From the NCBI RefSeq assembly GCF_020740795.1, contig NC_067282.1, forward strand, positions 17,961,172 to 18,025,171: a stretch of DNA of 64,000 bases. The letters are read 5' to 3'. This DNA comes from Apus apus. Taxonomy: Eukaryota. The translations under genes were made by a program, and so were the position numbers. Below are positions 39,131-50,672 of the stretch, in pieces. The notes below the pieces were generated by a model. That model searched no databases. It was not told where the DNA came from and was given only the letters and a program-made list of their open reading frames with translations. Every line of letters begins with the position of its first letter. Within the stretch, counting starts at the first letter, position 1.

Positions 39131-39249
39131 GTGCTACTTTATGATTCTGGAGCTGAAAAAACAGTGGATATCAGCTGTCTAAGAAAACTTCAGGAAAATA
39201 TGAAGAAAATTAGGACATTGGGAGTAGAATGTTTCTTGGCAGATATAAG
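39131..39249 (+). CDS. RNF17: RNF17 coding exon 23
   Basis: Acceptor ttcttgtctgtaacag|, donor ataag|gtagcc. VLLYDSGAEKTVDISCLRKLQENMKKIRTLGVECFLADI. Confidence 0.9.
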
Positions 39250-39950
39250 GTAGCCTTTTCATTATACTGACTAGTAGTATTAGAAACCTGATCATGACAT
39301 AACTTAATATTTTCCTGTGTTAGCACTGATAATGTAAGATTTGCATAGAGTTTGCTTTTTGAATAAAGAATAAATGGGATGGCAACTGTGATTAGTTTTA
39401 TAAGGAGTTTTTTTCTAAGAGTTACATTACGTACCAGTAAAGAAGAAAACTGTGCTATAGAAAGAAAGGATGAGTTATAAAATACTGAACAGATGATAGA
39501 GGTTTTTCTGATTTCACTGAAGACCTCTCTTTTCTAGACTGTAAAAAAGAGAGAATCGGGGGATTCTCCCATGCATTTGTTGGTGTGCTGTCTATACTGT
39601 GAGGAAAAAATAATCATGTTTGTAATACCTATTGCCTGAATTAATATAGAAAGTGCAATTTGCAGACAAAGTATGGAATTGCCCTTACTCTGCTAAGACA
39701 GGTGTCATAATTCTGGAACACATGATCCTCCTAAGTTTTGAAGTTTTGGGGTTATATTCTTTAATTCTTCCTGTCATATAGATCCAGAGATGGATGACCA
39801 TTTATTTTTACTCTTTAACTGTAATGGAGATTGTTTTTTCCCTGATGGTTCAAGCATTCAAAAAAAATCAGTAAAGGGAAAGGTTTGTGCTAAAGCTCAA
39901 GAGATGAGAACTTCTCTTGTACTAAAGGAGATCATAATTTGTTCTGTTAG

Positions 39951-40041
39951 GCCAACAGGTGGAAGCACGCAGTGGACAGCAACAGTGTGTGAATGCTTAT
40001 CCTATTACCTAACTGGGGCACAAGTAAAAGTGATCGTACAG
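39951..40041 (+). CDS. RNF17: RNF17 coding exon 24
   Basis: Acceptor aatttgttctgttag|, donor gtacag|gttcgt. (R)PTGGSTQWTATVCECLSYYLTGAQVKVIVQ. Confidence 0.9.
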
Positions 40042-41034
40042 GTTCGTAATCAAAACCAGTGGTATTTGTGAAACTTTTGTCAGCTTGTCTGTTAGTTTAA
40101 TTTTTTTCCCCTAATATTTTCACTCTTCAAAAAAGTCCTGAGTGAAACCTACTTAAATTGATGTTTGCTGTAGGGAAAAAGATGCTTTTTCTTTTTTTCT
40201 GCTTTATTTTATTTTTTTACTGGGGTATTAGAGCAGTTTGGCCACCTAGAATGAACACAGTCTTAGATATATTTAGTTAGTGAAGAAGAATGTATCTTTG
40301 GGATTTAATAGATGTTGACAGCTTTTATTGCTAGGTGAGTAAGAGGCACATGTTTTTGATGAGAATAATTTCAGCAGCTGCTGTATTAGTTTTCAAGCCT
40401 CAGGAGCAGAAAGAACTAGTCCAGTGCTTTACATCATTAATGATTGACTTCTAGCACTGGTTAAAACTGAACTATTACAAGGTATTTATTACTTTAGTGT
40501 CTATTAATTTAGCAGCTGCCAGTGAGGTTTTACAGTATGTCTGGAAATAAAAGTGCTGATGAGCACAGTGATTTGAGTGTCTTTTCCTCTAACAAGAGCT
40601 TTAAAACATGCAGATGTAGGCACTTCAGGGCATGCTCTGGTGGCCAAGGTTGTGGGGTTTTTTGTGGGTGGTGGAGTGTGTCGTTGGCTGTGGTTGGTTG
40701 GAATTTTTTTCTGCTGATGGCTGTACTTGATGATTTCAGGGGTCCTTTCTAACATGACAGTTCAGTGATTTAAACAAGTATTTGGCAGTTCATTAAAAAA
40801 AAAAAAATTAAAAAAGCAAGGGTTTTTTCTGCTACTTTTTTGTACTATGTTTAGGAGAGTTGGTAAATTATGGGGACTGTGACATAGATTAAATAAATCT
40901 TGTGTCTTCTGATGCAGGCATCAGTTGTTCAACAGTGTCTGATTTGCAGTCAGTAGCAGTAAAGTGAAAAATATGCCAGTAGTTCACAGGAAATGCATGT
41001 TGGAATGTGTTGTCCAGCTCTCATTTTTTTCCAG

Positions 41035-41150
41035 GAAAGTGACGTGGCTTGTGCATTGCCTGTGAAAATTTTTTGCAGAGGTGAAACGGGAGAAGTGATG
41101 GATGTTTCAGAACACCTTATTCAGAAGGGATTGGCTTTTAGAAACAGAAG
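41035..41150 (+). CDS. RNF17: RNF17 coding exon 25
   Basis: Acceptor tctcatttttttccag|, donor agaag|gtttgg (weaker donor). ESDVACALPVKIFCRGETGEVMDVSEHLIQKGLAFRNR. Confidence 0.8.
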
Positions 41151-41465
41151 GTTTGGATACTTTTATATTCTTTTAGACTCTCATATTCACATTGTGATAA
41201 GCTAATAAGCACAATAAAAATTTGGCTTGTCTTCTACATAATATGTAGCAAGAGAACTCCATCTCTAGTGAACTTACCTGAGTATAACGTTATTCATTGT
41301 ATCCATTACACTTCTCAGCTCTCTTAAGTTGATATATGAGATACTTGACAATATTCTAACAAGCATGTGCCATCTCTGTGTGTTTTGGTTTTTTACTTCT
41401 GTTTTATTCTTTCGCACTTTTAAAGTTCTTCATCAGTTAACATGTCTGTGTGATTTGATTGATAG

Positions 41466-41773
41466 AATTGATAAAGCTGATGTGGCTTGCTCAATCTCCA
41501 AGGAACATCTTAAAGTGCAGTTAAAGCAGGAGAGCACACGACTGGATGGTTGCAATTCAGTGACTGCATGTGCAAAAACCAGTGCTGCTCCGGAGCAAAA
41601 CATCACTGTTTCAGAGAGTGAACAAAAATCAAGTGAAACGTACAAGGCACTGCTTCATTCAGGAATGGATGAGATATATAAACCTCCCCTTATACCTGAA
41701 GAAAAGGTTTTTCAAGCTGTAGTGAGTTGCGTTGGACATGATGGAACTATTTATATAATACCAAAATCTTACG
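41466..41773 (+). CDS. RNF17: RNF17 coding exon 26 (start of Tudor 4)
   Basis: Acceptor tgtgtgatttgattgatag| (the only AG giving the correct phase), donor cttacg|gtaaga. (R)IDKADVACSISKEHLKVQLKQESTRLDGCNSVTACAKTSAAPEQNITVSESEQKSSETYKALLHSGMDEIYKPPLIPEEKVFQAVVSCVGHDGTIYIIPKSY. Confidence 0.85.
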
Positions 41774-41859
41774 GTAAGATGACACGGAAGAAAATACGTT
41801 TACGTCTATGAATCTGCATAGCTTTGGTGTATCAAAATACGAGATAGGTTTTCTGGTGG

Positions 41860-42110
41860 ACGTGTTGTGGGTCAGAACACGGTCCCGGAGGATTCCTGTT
41901 GGGGAGGATTGCGGCCTTTGGCAGGGGGCGAGGGGTGCGTGCGGGTCCCGCAGCTTCCCAGGGCAGGAGCCCACCTGCCCAGCAGCTGGCGACCTGTCCT
42001 CAAGCCCATCACAATGTGCTCTCCCATCCTGCCGCCCAGGGAGCCCCCAGACCCCGAGGCCTCGCACGGACAGGTTCCCTGCCTCTCTTCTAGACAGTGT
42101 TGGGTAAAGC
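41860..42110. promoter_or_regulatory. Intragenic CpG-rich island inside an RNF17 intron (function unknown)
   Basis: Abrupt GC jump: ggtcccggaggattcctgttggggaggattgcggcctttggcagggggcgaggggtgcgtgcgggtcccgcagcttcccagggcagg...ccccgaggcctcgcacggacagg. Stop-free on several frames, hence the overlapping ORF-track hits; no splice-compatible coding exon found. Confidence 0.5.
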
Positions 42111-42979
42111 AGCCAGTGCTTTGCTTTGTAATGTGGAGATTGTGATACGTTTTGCTAATAGTAATTAAAATACAGTCCTAAAAATTCTCAGAAGTTAGCC
42201 TGGATTATTGCAGGATCATTTTTTTTTTTTCCTTCAGTGTGAGCTCAGTACCCAGTTTTCTTGCGGTCTTTATTTGTACTGTGATAAATTCTCTATATCT
42301 TAGTTTTCTGTTTGTACTATTTAAAAGTGGTACATTTTTGCCTGACAAATGCAGTGTAGGTCTTAAGAACCATGGTGTAGTATATTGTAGTTTTCAGAAG
42401 AGCTGCTGTATGAGAAACTATTTTTAATATTTTTTTTAATTCTACAATTACATTTAACTGTTAGATCATATCATAAAACTTTGAAATTCAAAGCATAGTA
42501 ACCCCACTTACCCAAGACCATATTCTTCTTGCAGTTGGTGCTGTAGTCTGTACCCGTAGTTGAAGAGGGTCTTCTGGCCACCTGTTTTGTATCATTTTAT
42601 GGTGTCCTACCACTGCCTCTGGGAAGTGTGTCTTGTTCATGGAGCAGCTCTTCTAATGCTGCTGCCAAGGTGTCATTTGCAAAATTTATAGACCTTTCTT
42701 CTCCAAGATTGGAATCCTAAATTACTAATGGCTTCACAATCAGAAATACAGTTTTTATTTTTTGTTCAAGTATTAACTTGTTTGCATATGCTACATGCTG
42801 AACATACATATTGTATCAGTGTTGGAAAACATTATTTGGAGCACATGTGTTTTGTGTTTATACATGTCTTCATCTGAATCTACTTGTGTTTAGTGATTGT
42901 GAAATAATTTTTGTTAACGTGTTACAGACAACTTTGAATGTATTTATTATTTATTATTTGCTCTCCCCCATGCCCCCAG

Positions 42980-43143
42980 AAACTGAACTAAACAAATTGA
43001 TGGCTGAAATACAAAGTAACTTCAAATGCCTTGGTCTTCTGGAACCCTACTGCTGGAAAAAGGGAGAGCCTTGTGTTGTAAGAGGATCAGATACCATGTG
43101 GTATCGAGGTAAAGTTGTAGAACTCGGTGGTGGTGCCCTCCAG
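42980..43143 (+). CDS. RNF17: RNF17 coding exon 27 (Tudor 4 core)
   Basis: Acceptor ctctcccccatgcccccag|, donor ctccag|gtaagt. (E)[54 protein letters not shown]. Confidence 0.9.
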
Positions 43144-43937
43144 GTAAGTGTGATTGTACGTCTTGTGTGTTTATGAACATCTGCACACATGTTAAAAAAG
43201 CCAGTAATCTTCTAAAAGAAATTTATGATCACCCCTTTTTTCGTTCAGCTGACCTGGCTGCCCGGATACTTGTTCTGGTTTAGAAGTGTGACAGCTGTCC
43301 TGGGGTTTTTATTTATTTTAAAGATTATTTCTTTCTGCTTATGTCCGTAATCACAATTTTTCCCATAGTTTTCCTGGTGATTATAAATGTTCTTAAGTAA
43401 AAAGTTAGCCTTCATCACCTGTAATTAATCCCTTTTAGGATTTTTCTTTTTTCTGTTATCTTATGTGTAATGCTTTAACAATACATAGTTTTAGATTCCT
43501 CCCACCTTGTCCCCACCCAAAAAGCAGTGGCTGTCTGTTTTTAATTCTTTCTGCTGGACAGGTATAGAGTTACATTTTCTAATTAACAGTTAATCTTACC
43601 TAAACTCTTGAGCCTGCTCACGTGTTCTGAATGTAGATGTGCAAGTCTGACACTATGGTAGTTCACAATTCTTTTTATTTCTTTCACTTTTAAACTACAG
43701 TATGTAATTACATAAAAGGTAGAATATCTTGCAACACGTTTAGAAACTGAACTTCTAATGTGCCATACCAGGTTTTTTTAATCCTTTCTTTCATTCCCAC
43801 TTTGCCATATCACTTGCTTACCACCAAACAGTTGCTTTTTCCTCCAGAAATGAGAATGCTGTACATAGACGTTTTATTTTATCAAACTTGACTTAAAAAC
43901 TAGGAGTTATTTCAGGAAAACTGTTGTTTTCATATAG

Positions 43938-44057
43938 GTACATTACATAGACCATGGTTGCACAGAGAGGATTCCTCATTGTCATCTGTATCCAACTACA
44001 TTGTATACTGCTGTTCCTCCATTTTGCATACCATGTCAGCTCTACAAGACAGTACCA
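43938..44057 (+). CDS. RNF17: RNF17 coding exon 28 (Tudor 4, second half)
   Basis: Acceptor ctgttgttttcatatag|, donor tacca|gtgagt. VHYIDHGCTERIPHCHLYPTTLYTAVPPFCIPCQLYKTVP. Confidence 0.9.
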
Positions 44058-45040
44058 GTGAGTAATGAAAGATTGGAAGATGTTTTGGTAGGTAGTTACT
44101 CAAATTGATATGCTGTTTAGTCCTACAAAAGTTGAGACTACTTGCTGGTATTTTTTCTTGCCTACTGGTATTCGGAGAATAGCTAATGAGAATTGTTTCA
44201 GCAAGGCAGCCTTCTATCAGAAAATTCCAGATTGCTTTATGAAGTGACTATGCTTTAAAAGCAGCTGTCATTGGAATTAAATCTTTGTGAAACAGGACAT
44301 TGCAGTAGCTGGCAGGATGATACTCTGAAATGGTAGTTCATTTTACATTTACAATAGCATCAACAGGTAGTAAGCCCTGAATTTTTTTAATGCAAAATGG
44401 GCAGAAAATTGGAAATCTGCAAGGCCTGCAAAAGTGTTCCTGTCACTCCGAACTTTGCTGTGCAGGAAACAGTCTGTTAGGCTAAACTAATATAAGTGAA
44501 TTGTTTTAGGGGGTTTTCTTATTAAGTAATTGATACATAAACAACATCTTCCCAAATCACATCTCACTCAATTTGAATTGTGCGTTTCGCAAATGTGAAT
44601 TTTAAAGAAAGCCTTTATTTCTGGAAGCAGTTCATCTGAGTGGTTAAGACAGGTTTATAAGCCTGCAGATTGGAAGGCAAATAGATACTGCAAGAAATAA
44701 AATATGTTATTTAAAGTATCCTGTGTTTTCTGTTGTGTGTTATCTTTGAGTGTATTACTTCTGGGTTATGTTTCTGTTATATGTGCACACATAAACAGCT
44801 ATGTATATAGTACAGTTTAGGCAAGCAGTATCTCTTCCTAAGCCACTTCGAGATTTGAAAACTGCTGGTTGGCTTTATCACACAGTAAGTTTTAGTGTAC
44901 CAAGTAGCAGCTAATTTTCAAACTAATTATGTGTGTTTTCAATGCTAGGCACATATTTCCATCTTACTTTGTTAAGAATAGTAAGAGGATTACTTGTCAG
45001 CATCTTAATGTGAGGGGGTTTTTTGCTTTTTGTCAAATAG

Positions 45041-45121
45041 ATTGGAAATTTTTGGCAGCAGGATGCAGTAGATTGCCTTCAAGAGCTGCTTACAAATGAA
45101 GAGGTTGAAGTACATGTTCAG
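45041..45121 (+). CDS. RNF17: RNF17 coding exon 29
   Basis: Acceptor ttttgctttttgtcaaatag|, donor gttcag|gtaact. IGNFWQQDAVDCLQELLTNEEVEVHVQ. Confidence 0.9.
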
Positions 45122-45432
45122 GTAACTTAAATCTGTTCATAGAAGTGGACTGACTTTTTGTGCTCTTATTTTTTTTTCTTTTAACTTGTATTAAGAACAA
45201 TAGGTGAAGGAGTGTGGCAGTAAATACATATCTTAGACAAAACAAATTCCAAAGCTAAGGTTAATTCTGTTATTACTTGACCTTTTATTAGTTTTCAGGC
45301 CTTAAATGTGTCCTTTAGAAGACAACAGTTTTTGGTCTGTTTCTATTCTCTGTTATTGACAAGCAGCCTCCCTACCGACAGCATAAATTCTTCTAAATCC
45401 AGTTATAAGTAATTAAAATTTTGCCTGGCAGC

Positions 45433-45495
45433 AGGGTTGGAACTAGATGATCTTTAAGGTCCCTTCCACCCCAAGCTATTCTGTGATCCTGTGAT
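45433..45495 (+). mobile_element. Short CR1 3' end (plus orientation)
   Basis: gggttggaactagatgatctttaaggtcccttccaccccaagctattctgtgatcctgtgat. Confidence 0.8.
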
Positions 45496-45860
45496 TTTTT
45501 TATTTTATGATAATTAAGTATGGACATGCTTAAGTTTATATATTAACATTATAGGGTAACACAAAATCTGTATTGTCTGAAAACCTGCAATTTCAGATAG
45601 TTTTATTTCTAATGGTAAATTGTGAAAGAGAGAGGTTTACTGTTGAGTGAGCAAACATAGGATAATGTTTCAGTGTTACACTGAGTAGTCAGTGCTGCCT
45701 TTCTAAAGATAGATATATTCCTGTTTGTGTCACAACTGATGTAATAGCTATCTGGGTTTTGGATCTTTGAGGAATGAGTATAATGCATTTAGGAATGATA
45801 GGTTTGAATTTCCTGGTAACACTATTGCTGTTATAATCTTAGTTTGTCTTGTGAAAGTAG

Positions 45861-45983
45861 GAGTTACCAGATAACCCATGGGGCAAGTTGTCCATCAGCC
45901 TGTATTTTGGTGGAGTATCACTTTCTTCCTTCATGGCATACCACAAGTACTGTGTTGCTGAAGATTGTCTGGACATCCCAGAG
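45861..45983 (+). CDS. RNF17: RNF17 coding exon 30
   Basis: Acceptor gtcttgtgaaagtag|, donor ccagag|gtggtg. [41 protein letters not shown]. Confidence 0.85.
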
Positions 45984-46194
45984 GTGGTGAGATTTTGTGT
46001 GTGTCTTTTGCTGTTAATCTGACATTAAAAATTACTCAGTTGCTTGTTGTGACTTCTGCTGATTTGTTACTTCTTTTTATATTTCTGTACAGTTTTGTGA
46101 TGTAAACAGCAGTAAGAATAAGTACACAGCTCTGTTGTATAAACAAGTGCAGATATGTTGTGTTGATAAAATTGTGTGGAATATTCACTGTGAG

Positions 46195-46384
46195 GGTAGT
46201 GAGACACTGGTACAGGTTGCCCAGGGAGATTGTGGATTCCCCATCCCTGGAAGTGCTCAATGACAGGTTGGATGGGATTTTGAGCAGCCTGGTCTAGTGG
46301 GAGGTGTCCCTGCCCATGCAGGAGTGTTGTAACTAGATGAGCTTTAAGGTCCCTTCCAACCCAAACCATTCCATGATTCTGTGA
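46195..46384 (+). mobile_element. CR1 3' fragment (plus orientation)
   Basis: ...gacactggtacaggttgcccagggag...cctggtctagtgggaggtgtccctgcccatgcagg...gctttaaggtcccttccaacccaaaccattccatgattctgtga. Confidence 0.85.
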
Positions 46385-46810
46385 ATAGAAAATTGCCAAG
46401 AATTTTTTCTTGGACTCCTTTCTGAAAAGAGTTTTTTTATGTTTGAAGTCAAATTAGTTTTTTTGTTCCTCTAAAACTTCATAGGAATAGGGTAGTATTT
46501 TTATCTCTTGAAGGGATTAGTCAATCATAGAAATATGCTCCAATGGTGGAGATACTAAAAAATAAATTTGATCAAATAGTTCAGCATAAACCTATTGATG
46601 TGTAAGGGTGTTACCTAGCTTCTTCATTCCAAGTGTCTGGGATGTTCATCTGATGTTGAAATTTTCACCCAACTTCATTGTCTTAAAAAAAAAAATTAAG
46701 TAAGTAAACTCTGTATTGAAAATTTGTTTCTGGATGTCTATAAATACATGAGGGCTGGGCATTAGGAGGCAGGGACAAGCTCTTTTCACTTGTGTCCTGT
46801 GACAGGACAA

Positions 46811-47013
46811 GGGGCACGGTGAGGGTGACGGAGCACTGGAACAGGCTGCCCAGAGAGGTGGTGGAGTCACCATCCCTGGAAGTATTTAAAAGAAATGTAG
46901 ATACTGTGCTTAGCGACATGATTTAAGCACTGAATGGGTAAATTAGGTTATGGTTAGGCTTGATGATCTTCAAGGTCCCTGCCAACCAGGATGATTCTAT
47001 TATTCTATTCTAT
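46811..47013 (+). mobile_element. CR1 3' fragment (plus orientation)
   Basis: ...gagcactggaacaggctgcccagagaggtggtggagtcaccatccctggaagtatttaaaa...cttgatgatcttcaaggtccctgccaaccaggatgattctattattctattctat. Confidence 0.85.
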
Positions 47014-47360
47014 TTTAGGTTTTTCTTTCTAAGTATTTTATCTCTTTAAAGGGAATTCCATATTTAATGCAAGTTTTGAATTAACGGCAATCAAGTTAAC
47101 AAGTCAGTGTGCTAGGACCATTTCAAAGATATGTTCTTTATATTTAAAGTGTTGATAATTACCTGGTTCTTTTCTGTTACCTTTTAGCTAAAGCTTTTTT
47201 TAAAAATCTAATAAGGATTGAAATTAAATGTTAATTGTTATTTTATTCATTAAGGACATGCTGTTTAGATTATTAGATAACTCCTTTGAAACAGCATTTG
47301 TACAAAAGCTGGTTTGCATTTTGTTAATAAATATGCTTGCCTAAATCTGTCATGTTCTAG

Positions 47361-47471
47361 GAGCTACTTCAAGGAGACATTCCTGTTTTACCTTCATACC
47401 CATTGCCACCACTGCCTGTTCCAGGAGATACCTTTCCTGTCAGAGTTACCCATTTAGTGTCCCCTAAGGAG
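47361..47471 (+). CDS. RNF17: RNF17 coding exon 31 (start of Tudor 5)
   Basis: Acceptor ctgtcatgttctag|, donor aaggag|gtaatt. ELLQGDIPVLPSYPLPPLPVPGDTFPVRVTHLVSPKE. Confidence 0.9.
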
Positions 47472-47883
47472 GTAATTTTTGTAAACATCTCATATATGTT
47501 GCAGATGGAAATGTTGCAGTCTCATGATGCTGGTGAAGAGGAAATCATGGCTAACAATTTTACATAATAAAAACATTACTAAGGTTGCAAAATGCTACTG
47601 AGTTATTGATACAGATGGTTGTGCAGTGCAACTGTCTGAATGAAATCCTACTTGAAATACCCTTTTGGGTGAGGGAAGAGAAATAAATACTAACCATTTC
47701 CCTAAAAAAAATGGAATTTTAAGAATTACAATACTGCAGTCTGGTACTTGTCATGTATAATAAGAATTTGGTAATTGGATTTTAACTTGGAAGAACAATG
47801 GTTACTTCTCTCTTCTTATTCTGCTCTCTTCCTGAAAGAGGGTGGATTTAAATGAGATGTTAGGAAGAAATTCTGTACTTTGA

Positions 47884-48067
47884 GGGTGGTGAGACATTGG
47901 CACAGGTTGCCCAGGGAGCTTATGGATGCTTTTCCCTGGAAGTGTTTAAGGCCAGGTTGGATGCGGCTTTGAGCAGCCTGGTCTAGTGGAAGGCGTCTCT
48001 GTCCATGCAGGGCATTGGATCTGGGTGATCTTTGGTCCCTTCCAACTCAAACCATTCCATGATTCTG
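47884..48067 (+). mobile_element. CR1 3' fragment (plus orientation)
   Basis: ggtggtgagacattggcacaggttgcccagggagcttatggatgc...cctggtctagtggaaggcgtctctgtccatgcagg...cccttccaactcaaaccattccatgattctg. Confidence 0.85.
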
Positions 48068-49326
48068 TTCTTCAAAAATTGAATTACTGGAATGTTGTAT
48101 AATAACATTTTTCTGGCTGTTACAGTTGTATTTTCTGCCTTTAGTTGATGATTGATCATTGATTTTTGTGTAAACCCACACAACTTCCCTTTAGTAGTCT
48201 CCCAGGCAAAAGACAGAATGAGTTGTTCATTGATCGAATAATAGATTCCTGTGTGGACTTTGAATGTTGAATGATGAAATAGGATAACAGGAAGCAGTGA
48301 GAAGGTGATTGTGTTACAGAAATCTAACATCTTCTTAGTGGATTGATTTGTACTGAAGTGCTTATGTTCATTGTTTTGGTAAATCTTTAGACCGGGAAAG
48401 TTCTTATAGTACTGAAGTGATTGCTTTAAATTGAGCATCAAGATCTAATATAAGTTCACCCCATTAATTCACTTGAGTATACATAAAAACTGTTTTGACT
48501 AAATAAAAGGTGGAATTGTCTGGATGTCTTAGAAAAGGGCTTTTCTTGAATTCTGTAAGGAAGGATGACAATAACATGAGAAACATAATTTTTTTGTTGT
48601 TCATTCTGTGCAAATGATATGAGCTCTTGCTTTTGAACGTTGTATATAATTATAAACAATAGATCCTGCTCCTGTAGATTAGAAAAAAATAATAATCCAA
48701 ACAAGTTAATGACTAGGTTATCAGTAAAATACCATAATGTTCTGAAATGGCTCTGTTTATAAAAAAAAAAAAAAAGAAAAAAAGACATTTCAGTTGGAAG
48801 CTGTTGTGTAGATTTTAATCAGCCTGTGCATGTTGTTTAAACTTTCATTTCTTTGACCTACAGCATTATGCTGAAGATCCAATAGTGCATTAGGTGCATG
48901 GAATATATTTCCATGGCAAATAAATCAGCATTTCCAAAGTTCTTCGTTTTTGTTAACCAAATGTTATAGTTTTATATTCTGAAGTGAGATTACTTGCTGA
49001 GTAGCAGGAGGGAGGAATCCTAGTGAGACACAGCTGTGGAATCTTCCAGGTGTATATTATCTAATGAGTGAGTTCCTTCATTCTTACATTGTAACATTGA
49101 AAAGTGGTGTTAATCACTCATGACTCTTCTCTTGGGAAAAAAAAAAAAAAAATCTTGTGTAAATATTAAATTATTCATAAATTGAGGAAAGGAAGTGACC
49201 AAGGATGTGCTCAACCTTTTGAAGATGGGAACAAGTAATCTTCTAATAATCTTTGATCACTGATTGAATTTGAATGTTGAGGTCATCTGCAAAAAATAGT
49301 AATATGAGAACCTTTTCTTTGAGTAG

Positions 49327-49483
49327 GTATATATTTGCCTTGATCCTTCCAAGAACCTTATGAAGCAGTCTACCACAGAGGGACATCCCAACTGTGACTC
49401 AGAGATGGAGAACCTTGATGAAGCCCTGAAATGGTGCAATAAAAGTGTGGAGTCTTTCCCTCTTGTAACACAATACCAAATAG
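49327..49483 (+). CDS. RNF17: RNF17 coding exon 32
   Basis: Acceptor cttttctttgagtag|, donor aaatag|gtatat. VYICLDPSKNLMKQSTTEGHPNCDSEMENLDEALKWCNKSVESFPLVTQYQI. Confidence 0.9.
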
Positions 49484-49659
49484 GTATATCAGTGTGTTTA
49501 TTTTCTGTCGTTGCATGTGGACATAGAAAAAGCCTGAACTAATTTCTGAAGAATAGGTATAATTACATTTCTATGTATCTTTAATTAAAACTTCTGGAGA
49601 GTAAGGAGTAACACTATGGGATAATCTTACGGTACACTGTAATCAGGAGTGTAAAAAAG

Positions 49660-49960
49660 GAGGCTTGGAGGAAACCTTGTCACTCTCTACAGCTACCTGA
49701 AAGGAGGTTACAGGGAGGTAGATGTTGGTCTCTTCTCCCAGGTTGGCCTCATATTGTGCCAGGGGAGGTTTAGATTGGATATTAGGAAAAATTTCTTCAC
49801 TGAAAGGGTTGTCAGGGACTGGAACAGGCTGCCTAGGGAGGTGGTGGAGTCACCACCCCTGCAGGTATCTCAAAGACGTGTAGATGTGGTGCTTAGGATG
49901 TCATTCAGTGCTGGACTTGGCAGTGTGCTAGGTTAACAGCTGGACTTGATGATCTCCAAA
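49660..49960 (+). mobile_element. CR1 3' fragment (plus orientation) with degenerate ORF2 C-terminal coding region
   Basis: ...tctctacagctacctgaaaggaggttacagggaggtagatgttggtctcttctcccagg...ggaacaggctgcctagggaggtggtggagtcaccacccctgcagg...cttgatgatctccaaag. Confidence 0.85.
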
Positions 49961-50536
49961 GAAAATTATTCCTTTACTCTATAATAATATGTTTTTATTT
50001 TTCATTAAATTGGTACTTCTGTGTAATTCTGCTCCTCTGGAAAAGATGGACAGAACTCAGACTTCTGATGCCTGTTAAAGCTGATGAACAGAGTTTAGAT
50101 TGCATATGGCAAAAATAAATCTTTTCCCTAAAGGTGACTGTCACTGGAGCTATAACTGAAAATTTCACTTTTAAATATTCAAAAGACACAAGTTATGTAC
50201 AGAATATCATCTTACCAAAAAGTAAGTGAACCCTAAAGAGCATCGCTTCACTTTCATTCTGGATTTCTCTGTTTAGATAAAACTTTGGATCACTACATTA
50301 ACAAAGCAATTTTCTGTTAATTCTTGTCATTGCCGTGTGAGATAGAGAAACCTGACTTAAATCTCAGTAATGATTGTGAATTGGAGTTCAGAGAGAATTG
50401 GAGGATGCACAGAACAAAATAGTAGCATGAATTAGAGAAGAAAAAACTGAATCTCAATCACAAAATAAAATTAATTTTCAAGTTCAGTTAATTTCTGAGT
50501 ACATTGGAGTGTGTTGTGTTTTTTGTCTTTTTATAG

Positions 50537-50672
50537 ATGTGCCTTGCCTAGCAGAATACCAGGATGGTTTATGGTACAGAGCAAAGATCCTCTCCATTGA
50601 AGAATTTAACCCTGTTAAGATTCTGGTTCAGTTTGTTGACTATGGTAGTTTTTCAGTTGTCCCAACAAGCAG
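50537..50672 (+). CDS. RNF17: RNF17 coding exon 33 (Tudor 5 core)
   Basis: Acceptor gttttttgtctttttatag|, donor agcag|gtaaat. (D)[44 protein letters not shown]. Confidence 0.9.

Noticed and set aside
41747-42145. Cluster of overlapping ORFs (64-106 aa) on both strands
   Set aside because: Same GC-richness artefact, inside the intronic CpG island; none is compatible with the flanking RNF17 exon phases.
46093-46191. Candidate RNF17 exon between exons 30 and 31 (acceptor atttctgtacag|, peptide FCDVNSSKNKYTALLYKQVQICCVDKIVWNIHCEG)
   Set aside because: No usable GT donor in phase. It runs straight into a CR1 fragment and shows no resemblance to the corresponding mammalian RNF17 segment. The flanking exons already join in phase 0 to 0 without it. 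A small lineage-specific deletion relative to mammals is the simpler reading.
47983-48788. Minus-strand ORFs of 110-152 aa in an RNF17 intron
   Set aside because: They overlap a CR1 tail and AT-rich simple sequence (poly-A/T runs); no domain signal; wrong strand for RNF17.
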